From Welwitschia mirabilis (taxonomy: Eukaryota), in NCBI GenBank assembly GCA_051453625.1, contig JBOZIK010000001.1, forward strand, positions 6,484,373 to 6,548,372: 64,000 nucleotides of DNA, in the 5' to 3' direction. Both the position numbers and the translations under genes were made by a program. Every line of letters starts with the position of its first letter. The stretch's first letter is position 1. Positions 54,501 through 64,000 of this stretch are shown here, in pieces. Below the pieces are notes generated by a model. It searched no databases. It was not told the origin of the DNA and saw nothing but the letters and a program-made list of their open reading frames with translations.

Positions 54501-57500
54501 TCTCAACCCTATTTTATGCCCTTCTTTATCACTTCTTCTCCTTTACCTTTTCCTACTACCTTTACTTTTCATTTGATTCTCTTCTCCTTTTAAGTTTTCT
54601 TGACTTTTCAATTTTAGATCCTAGGCATGGGATTCCTACTTTAAATCCCTTCCCTATCTCCAATTAGATAGATCTCAGTCTCAAGAGGTTCATATAAGGA
54701 AGAATCTTATGATAACTTTGGATAACCTATATATGTTGCTTGGATCTCTAGCATCAGATGCTAGACCATCTTAGAATCTAAAATCCTTCATAGGCCTACT
54801 TTTTCACCTCATGAAGACCTTTTTTATACTCTTCTTCTATCATTGTCTCCATCCTTTTTATTTTTCTTTCTTTTTATTCCTTCTTCTCCCTCTTTTTTCC
54901 TCCTCTCCTCTTCTTCATATCCTATTCACACAGATTTCATGCCCAAGACATGGAATCCCAATCAATTCCACACCTAGGAAATGGAATTTTAAAACCTTGC
55001 CCTTCATCTCCCTTTGACTTCTTATTCCACTCCTACTTTGTAGAATCAAATTTCTTCAGTCTCCTATACGACATCTCCATAGTTAGTATCCCCCTTGAGC
55101 TATTTCATCCCCAGAGATGTAGTTCTTTAGAGAATACTATCATTCTTTAACTTTCAACCTCATTTTTTCCACCTAGGGCATGATTTTCTAGTTTAGAATC
55201 AATTTCAAAAGGATCCTAAGGTTGTATCAAATCCTTAGGGTGAACCAAAATGAAATAAGCCTACCCATGACATTACAACATGGGTTGGGTACTATCTTGG
55301 TGCTCAGTTAGATGACCATTATTTTAGTGAATTGATCCTATCTGGTACCATCAAGAAACAATCAACTATTCATCAACTTCATTGATCTTTTAGACGCTAG
55401 CTAGTGATGAAATCTTAGTTAATTTAAGAATGATGAGTACATCTAGTTAATAAGGAAATGCTATCCACCCCCTTTCCATCATCATCACATCTCCTTTTCA
55501 TTCTTCTGTGTCATTTCCTATTCTCTACCTTCCATCTAAATAGAATTATTTTTTCTTTCTTCTAGGTATCTGCATCTAGGAGACACATTCTACATCTCCT
55601 CCTTATTCCCTTATTACCTACTAATACTGTAAAAGTGTTCTATAAGACTAGAGATTTCTTTCACATATGCTTGATAGTAATTTTACCTTTACTTCTTCCA
55701 AACTTCTAGCTAGTTAGTGACTTCTTCTTCATGATAAGAAATACTCATTAAGATAATATAAGGAGCTTCTATCAATTGCATATCTTTTTTACCAACATTA
55801 ATGCTTTCTACTAAAGTCTTATAATAGATTATTTTTAGTTATTGATTTCTATAGTGTAATAGTCATCCCTTATTCTCATCTACAAGAGACCTATTTATAC
55901 TTCTTTCCTCTTTGTTTGAATAGGGTGCAAAGGTTTTTAAAGATTTATTAATAAAAGAGTTTTGTTAATTTCTTATTACTCTATTTCTTATTATTTGTAG
56001 GTACAATAAAGCATATGAAATATTTTTGCTTAAGCATCCTCCTTTTTGAGAGAGAAAGACACTTTATTTTTAACTAAATAGGAATACCTATCTAGTTTAC
56101 CCTTTTCTAAAGAATACACCTACTTAGTTATAGACTTAGGAGGAAATTTGACTTGAACCTTTAATCTTAAATTTAAGACTTGTTTCATACCCTCTATCTA
56201 GCATCTTAAAATAATCTAAAGACATCACATTCCTTAGGAAGTTCTTTTCTTTATTTATTATCCTTTATCTACCATGTTTTTTCTTCTTACATACCATAGT
56301 ACCTATGAGGTTCCATCCATTAGGTTTAGCCCATACTCTAATAATGTTTTCTACCTACTCTGTACCCTGAGGAAAATCATGTTGGTTACTTATTTAGTAA
56401 TCATGCTCTAAAATAAGTCTAGGACATTACCCTAAAAAGTAGACATTATTATTCTTTCTAAGCCTAGGGAAAGGAATTTGCAATAATACATCTTCTCTAG
56501 TTATAGATGGAGGGTAATGAATCACTACCCTAACTTATCATTGTGACACACATTTTACAACTTGATAGAAATTTAACAAGAGATATGCTAAATAACCCAT
56601 TTAATCTTTCTTATTTTCATATACCTCATCTTCATCTAATGATTCTTTGTGTCTGTTATGTTTTCTTATACTGCCATCATTCTTAGTCACTAAATATTCA
56701 CAGACTTTGACCCCTCATTTTTCTATTATTCAACTTTATTTCATGGCTAATCCACCACTATATATAGATAATAATCCCCTTAGTTTTCTTAACTACTCTA
56801 CCCTATCCTCAGAACATTATAAATTCCTCCAAGCCTAGAGCCTTCGTTCTTTCCTTACCCTAAAACATCACATTACTACCTTTACCAAAGGACTACATTT
56901 CTTGGTTGTTNNNNNNNNNNTGGTTGTTTAGCAAGAAGATGTTACTTACAATGTTTCTCCCTTTATCTTAGATGAGAACAATAGATTTAGAATCTTCATT
57001 TACCCTCCAATTCCATTATATCTTGGAATGAGCTTACTTAGACATTTCTCTAGTAATTTGAAGGGTAGACATACCTGAAGATCCTCTATATATCTATATA
57101 TGTACCCTATACTAGTATTTTGCAACCATTAATAAATATCATATAGAGATAGTTTGAGTGGTAAACAATCGTTTTCAAATCATTTATGACATACTTTTAG
57201 TCTACTACAAGCCATTATCCTTTTATATTATGATGGTGTAAAAATCTACTCTAGATGGAATGATCTGATTCTTCTTAGAGTAAAGACCAATTTGAATAGT
57301 CTTTAGTACTTTATAAACAAGATAATATACTTAGATTGATCATTTTTATTTTCCCATATGGTCATTCAAACCTAATTCATCTAAACCCTATCACTCCACT
57401 ACCTCCAAACATTACACCTTCTTGTCATTGCTCCTTTTAAGCTTATAAACCCTTGTCTACCATAGTTTTTTTAACTATGAATTCATACCACATATGTGAT

Positions 57501-57699
57501 ATTATCTTTTCTTATACCTTCTTTTCCTCTTCTTACTTATTCTTCTTCCTTTTAAACTTCTTCTTCCTCTTCTCCTTCACATCCACCTCTCAATTCAATT
57601 TCGTTACCTTTAAATATGCCTTATACTCATATAAGAGCCTCTTTCAGTTTAAAAGTAGGTGGAGAAATAGAAGCTCTTAGTATAATACTAAGAAATTTG

Positions 57700-60600
57700 A
57701 GTCAAGATATTAAGTAGCTTAAAATATCTTAACAAAAATAGGTTAATAAAGAAAAGAAACATCAACAGGGAAGTGGATCCCCACCATTACACATGATTTT
57801 AAATAGCTACATAATCAGCCTTCAAGAGAGGATTCTAATCTTTTGTTACTTTATGATTTCTATCCTTTTTATTAGATAGGCCATAACATTAGGGAGATTT
57901 ACCAAGAATGTCTCTAGATGTAGGAGATTAAAAAGGCCTCTTCCTCTTGAGCCTCTTCCTTCTATTTAAAAGGGACACACTATGCTAATATCACAGACTT
58001 CCTAGGATAAGCAAACGTGGCTTCTGCTCTTTATGAAAGTCAAAATAAGTAATACAATCTACAGAATACATATTAGTCTTCTAGACTTCCATATACACTA
58101 GAAAGGATAGAGTTACAAACAAAGAGACATTTAGACTTAGATCTAATTCAACAAAAAATAATGAGATAATGTTCAAAAGAAACAAGAAGGATCCTGCTAT
58201 TACTTCCATTTCCCCTAGTAGAAATCCAATGTTACCTAACAAAGATTATTCTAATGATACTCCACCCCTCTATATAGATGAAAGGTACTATTCATTTATG
58301 TTAAAAATTCTCCTCCTAAGACTTCTAAAGAAGAGAAATAATAGGTTGCATTACCATGTAATGTAGTTAAAGAACTAAAAAAATGCTAGGTTATCCTATC
58401 TATATTTGAAGTCTTGCAAATGAGCAAAGAGAATAAGGGTAAACTATTCGAGGCTTGCATGATGATAGATGGTCAATGATTATAAGATTTATTCCTAGAG
58501 AAGAATTGTATAGCATTGGAAGATAAATCTAGTATTTTTATTATTAAGAAGAAGATCCTTTAATTTCTTGTGACATGGAGAATGTTTGATAAGAATGTAT
58601 GGAATTGTCTAATTGCCTTGGGAGATTATACCAATATCTTCCCATATAAAGTATGTAAGTGAATAAATAGAACCAATGTTAAGGCCTAAGGTATTTTAGA
58701 AGATGTCAAGATTCATTTAGTTACAAACATAAGATTTATGAGTATGACAGAGTTTTACATTATGGACATCCCTGTAATCTATGGAGTATTGCTGAATTGG
58801 AGTTGGGTACTCTTCATTAATGCCTAAATCTTTTCCAATTATTCTGACATACGGCTACCTTAGAAGGGAATTCCAAACCAAATTTAAATAGAAAAGGATA
58901 CTTACTTGAAGTACAATGTAACATCTTACGGAAGAGAAAAGACTAATCTTGAAGAAACCATTGAAGATTCAGCATTAGGGACTTACTTTCATGATATTAG
59001 AGAGTGTATGGGAGTTTAAACATAGAAGATACTTTCTAATGCTTCTTTTACTGAAATATGATCTTTATTCTTTAATGGAGCCACCACTTCCAAGGAATTA
59101 GAAGGAGGGATAGTCTTATAACTATCAGGTGGACAATCTTTACTAAAATCTTTTAAGCTAGGATTCACTGCATCTAACAACTCCATAGAGTATGAAGCCC
59201 TTATACAAACTCTAAAGGTGATTCTTTGGAATAATATTAAAATAGGCTATATTTTTTAAGATTTCAAGGTAATTATTAAGCATATTAAAGTAGACTACTA
59301 GACCTATAATCCCATGCTCAAAGCTTAAAAATCCCAAGTCATGTATCTCTTAGGATAATTAAAAGAATGGTCTTTTTTCTAAATTCCCAATGGTAAAAAC
59401 TCCCTAATACATAAGATTTTACCTCTGCCATCATAGGATTTCTAGTAGATGATGCAACTATTTAAAAACTCTAGATCACCCTCCTTTCTTAGAAATCAGT
59501 TCCTTATAACATCAAGGATTTCCAAACCATTGAAGGAAATGATCAAATCTTGAGGCTCGTATATAATCAAGAAAAGTCCAAAAAGCAAATAGAAGATGAT
59601 CAAGAAGATACAAAGAGATATGGCTACTTCATAGAACATGATACTATGTAAAGTGCAATAACAGAATTTCTATTAGATTTATTTAGTTGAAAAAGTTCTT
59701 TGATACAAAGCTAGATCTCCTCTTTTCCATGATATGCATGGAGGAAGGTTTTTTTAAATAATTCTAGATAATTAAAATGAAGAGAATCTATTCTTCCTAA
59801 TATATGTAAGCTATTCTTTCTTTTTGCAAAGAGTTCAAGGATGTCTTTACTTATTCCTATAAAGACTTGAAGAGATTTGATCTTGAAATTCTTACTCATA
59901 ACATCTCCTGTAAGGAGAAGATCAAGTCATTCTAATAGAGATAAAGAATAGTTAACTGATCCTAAATCCCTTAATTAGAAAGAAGATTAACAAACTACTT
60001 TAGTTTGAAATCATTTATTTAGTTAGGAATATCATGTGGGTACCTAATCTAGTGTCAGTTAAGAGAAGTGGAGAGATCCATCTGCGAGTGGATTTCAAGA
60101 ATTTAAATATGGCATTGGTGAAAGATAACTATTTCAGTTTCACCATTGATGATATATTTGAGAATGTATCTAGAGCTAATATATTGTCTTTTCTTGATGG
60201 TTTCTCTAAATACAATCATGCTTAAGTGGATACTTCCAATCAAATCAAGACAATGTTCAACATCAAGTGAGAGATATACTCTTATAAGAGAGGATGTCAT
60301 TTGAACTACTTAATACTAGAGCTACTTTTAAAAAATTCATGGAGCATGTGTTAGAAGAATAATAGGAACATAAATAATGGTTTACCTAGATGACATGACT
60401 GCCTATTCTAAGAAGTGAAAAAACCATGTACTAAATCTAATAAAGATGTTTATGCATTTCCTAGAATATGAAGTCTCTCTTAACTTCAAGAAAATTATCA
60501 TTATACTTTTCTCTAATAAGATATTAGGCTATCTTGTTTCAAATCAAGAAATTAGAGTATACTAAGTGAAAGCTTAAATCATATAAAATATGTCTCTTCT

Positions 60601-61381
60601 TGGATCACTTAAAGATTTCTTTCTTAAGGAATATCAACTTCGTAAGAAGATTCATCCCTAGATTCATTGAAATAGTGGCTTCCATCATGCTACTCCTAAA
60701 GAATAATGCTTCATTCATATGATAGAAATAAATTATTTAAGCTAATTAAGAAGGTAGTGACTAGTTTCCCATGATTGATTAGTCCATATTTATCAAAGAA
60801 ATAATTTATCTATTCTTGTACCAACCTAAGGAGGGAAAAGTAAATTTCAAAACTATAAAATAATGACATTTATCTCTTTCTTGCTAAGTTAGTAAAGTGT
60901 TTAGTAAGATATCTTCTAATAAACCAATTAACTAAGACTCAATTACTTCTCCACCATTTCTATTATGTTCTTAGGTGACCCTTGGTATAAGTCTATCTAT
61001 AATTACTTATCTAATGAATCCTTGCCTTAGGATACATTCATATTATTCCAGAAAGAATCCAAAGTAAGAATAACTTGATTTATGATTAAGAATGGAGTCT
61101 TCTTCCATAGGAATTATGATGAGATTTATTTCCGATGCATCATGTAAGATGAAGTGTAAGGATTACTCTAAGAGTTTCATGATAGAATAAATGAAGGACA
61201 TACTTCTACCTAGCCATCAGTAGCACAGATTATGTGGCATGCTATTACTAGCCTATGATGATGAAGAAAACACTTAATAATGAATAAACATGTAATTTCT
61301 ATCACCACTTCATCCCTAGAGATAATAATCTGGATCTTGTCATTCTTCCCATCTTATAAACTTGGCCTTTCATAAAATAGG
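57700..61381 (+). mobile_element. Degenerate Tat-type Ty3/gypsy pol (protease - additional RNase H - RT - integrase start), truncated by insertion
   Basis: Protease C-terminal remnant DIPVIYGVLLNWSW ~58765. aRH remnants SLFFNGA ~59062 and SNNSIEYEALI ~59173. RT: WVPNLVSVK..G....VDFKNLN ~60037, LDGFSKYN ~60194, VYLDDM ~60380. Integrase: EFHD....GH ~61172, YY*P ~61243, WPF ~61363. Confidence 0.88.
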
Positions 61382-64000
61382 TGAGGATCATTGAACTCAG
61401 AGGGGAGGGGTGAATGAGATCTACTAATTAAAAAATCACCACTAAAATAAAATAAATAATAAAGACTTCACTAGATTAACATGATTCCCCATCCTAGGTA
61501 CATCCACTCATAGAGGGTAGCTTTTATTCACACCTCTTGATACCCTTAACCTATAAAATAGTGGTTTTGAAACATCATCAATTTCACATAAAAATGAAAA
61601 GATACTTGTAAGATAGCACTCTCTTTCCTTCAGGTATTACAATAGATAAAAACTTAAAGTGTGCTTATAAGCACTAAAGGAATCATACCCATATAATAGT
61701 TGTCTTATAATTTAGAATCCTAAGCAAGGGACCTTGAAAATAATAAAAATTAATGAACTAAGAAGAATGAACTCAAGAATATGATAGTCTTACAATGACA
61801 TGCCAATAAACAATACTAACAAAGAAAACAACAAGCCTAAAAGATGTCACCTTGATGGAATGTTTGAGTCCTCTTTGTTGTAGTCTTTCATAAGTATTCA
61901 AGATTATAGTGATGCATCTTTAAAAAAGATAATGATCAAGTAATTTATTTAGCAAATGGTCCTCTTCATAAATGTTACAGAAATCTTTATGAATAGTGCT
62001 AATCACTCATGTTAATAACCCTTTTTCTTTATACTTTTTTTGCCTTTTATACTTTTGATGTCTTCTTTGTCTTTACCTTAGTGAGATAGTTATTCAAAAA
62101 TGCTTAAATACTATGCAACAACTATAAATGGCTAAGTTTTATTCATTCAATGGCTATTTTATTTTTTATTAATTTTTTGAGGTAGACATCTTTAATGTAG
62201 TAGACGTCTTTATTAGACTAATGTATTTATCCTAGAAGATGTCTTCAGTCAAACTGCATAGATTTTAGTAATACTTAAATTACTATATCTTTATTCTTAG
62301 AGATCATGAATTTAATGTGTAAAATGTTCTTGATTCCCTAAAATGTAGATAATTCATCATAGTATAATTTACCTCTATTACCTCTTTAATTTTAGCACAG
62401 ATGTCTTTCATTCCGTAGACATCTTTAGATAGTTAAAATAGTATATATGTCTTTAGTTTTCTAGATGTCTTTCATCTATCTTAGCTTCTTGATCTAATAT
62501 AGACGTGATTATCATGATAGATATATTGACCTATGACAAACTCAAATTTAGTCTAGATGACTTTAATATAGTGGATGTTTTCATCATAAATGTCTTTAGA
62601 TATGTAGATATCTTCAAGAAATTGTGTATATTCTTCATGAATTTTGAAATGAAGCTTCTATGTACTTAGAACTTTGATGTTTGACTGGCTTAATCCTCAT
62701 TTGAAGTTTAGTATTATCTAATTTTTTAGTCTACACATTAGACACATCATATTTGACAAGTGAAATTATTAAAACTAGGATTTTTACCAACAATCTTCCC
62801 CTTTTTGATGATGATCAAAACTTATCAAATCTCATTAGTGATATCATGTTAAAAATTTACTTAAGAAAAATTAATCCAAGAGAAGACACAATGTATTACA
62901 TAAGGAATGTTACAAATTTAAAAAAGTAAAGACATTAGATAACAATATTGATAATCATTTATAAGATAATAAATAGGAAGTAGTACTAATAAACTGAATT
63001 GCTAGATACATGCCAAAACATAATTTATATTACATACACAAATAATCTCAACAAGAGATAGAGAATAATAAAAGATCATAAAAAATTATTAGGGAATGTG
63101 TTCCAATATGTAAAAGTAAGCATTAACAATTATGTCACTCACAGGAAGTCTAATCCATCCATATTAAATCCACATCCTCTAGGCTCACACAAGATGTCTA
63201 GTATGATGTAATTTAATTTACCCATTCAATCTGATTTACCTATCTTCTCTTCCTTTTTAGATAGCACAAAAAGTACTATTCACTAAGGACCAAATCACTG
63301 GTATATCGAGTACCATCTCCTGCATCATCACTATCAGATGATATGGATGGAGGTGTATGCCACTTCCATGATGCCAGCTATAATAATTTATCATAACCCT
63401 GAGAGGCTTGTCTCCTCATACACGAGTATGTTTAAGAGGTAATAAGGTATTAAGAAGCTAGGTGTAGATGTCTTAGCAAAATTAGAAGCTAAGGATAGAG
63501 AAATGTTGAGAGTTAATGATGAATAAGAAATGTGATAGGTGATGGTGGAGATGGAAGACAAGGTGGTGAAGGTATATGACATGTAATGGAGGCTGTGTGA
63601 GATGATGAATAGATAGTTTGCAATGAGGCTTTAAAATACAAGAGGCTCATCATCAAATCTCTTAGATTCCACCTTCTATTTCCCCTATGCCTATGCTAGA
63701 TTTTATGATAGTTTTTTATGCCTCCTCTATGCTTGTGTTAGAGCTTAGTGATTCCCTTGAAGGTGTGACTCCTTCTTTGTGGACTCTGAGGAATCTGAAT
63801 CATTAGCTTTACCAAAATCATAACTTGTAGTAGGAGGTGCAGGAGGTGCCTCTGCCTCAGATTTCTTCTCTAAATCAAATCAAGTGAGAGTCCTTATGGA
63901 TTTCCAACTACTTGTAGGTGCATCTTTCTTACTAGCTATGTACTAGTGCTTCTTTAATCTCAAGAGATTTCTTTTAATATTACCTATCATTTTTGCAATT
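61382..64000 (-). mobile_element. SIRE (Sirevirus)-like Ty1/copia 3' end: 3' LTR 61382-62792, PPT, and degenerate extra/env-like ORF region running off the window
   Basis: Minus-strand PPT-LTR junction catcaaaaaggggaagat-TGTTGG at ~62787-62810. C-rich LTR end attcacccctcccctctg...tca at 61382-61415. Confidence 0.8.

Noticed and set aside
53500-57700. Pyrimidine-rich stretch with hydrophobic short ORFs
   Set aside because: Likely an antisense decayed TE region. The Phe/Leu-rich ORFs are compositional artefacts and the family is not assignable.

Overview
AT-rich, strongly CpG-depleted plant nuclear DNA with assembly gaps, probably from a non-angiosperm vascular plant (inference from TE types). 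I found no intact protein-coding gene. The functional core is two diverged, same-strand MIR408 microRNA loci about 29 kb apart (hairpins at ~21.34-21.53 kb and ~50.24-50.45 kb). Each lies in a small CpG-retaining island with a TATA box and clustered GTAC copper-response motifs. Both encode the same non-canonical mature sequence ATGCGCTGCCTCTTCCCTGGC, with G at the position where canonical miR408 has A, paired to a C in the star arm. The rest is decayed, nested transposons: two L1-type LINEs, an Athila-like Ty3/gypsy, a 3-kb non-autonomous LTR element, a Ty1/copia, a 5S rRNA-derived fragment, an intron-containing Helitron2/Helentron-type Rep-Pif1 element, a ~460-bp foldback element, and a Tat-type Ty3/gypsy with PR-aRH-RT order interrupted by a SIRE-type LTR. 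TE boundaries are approximate, and motifs were translated by eye.
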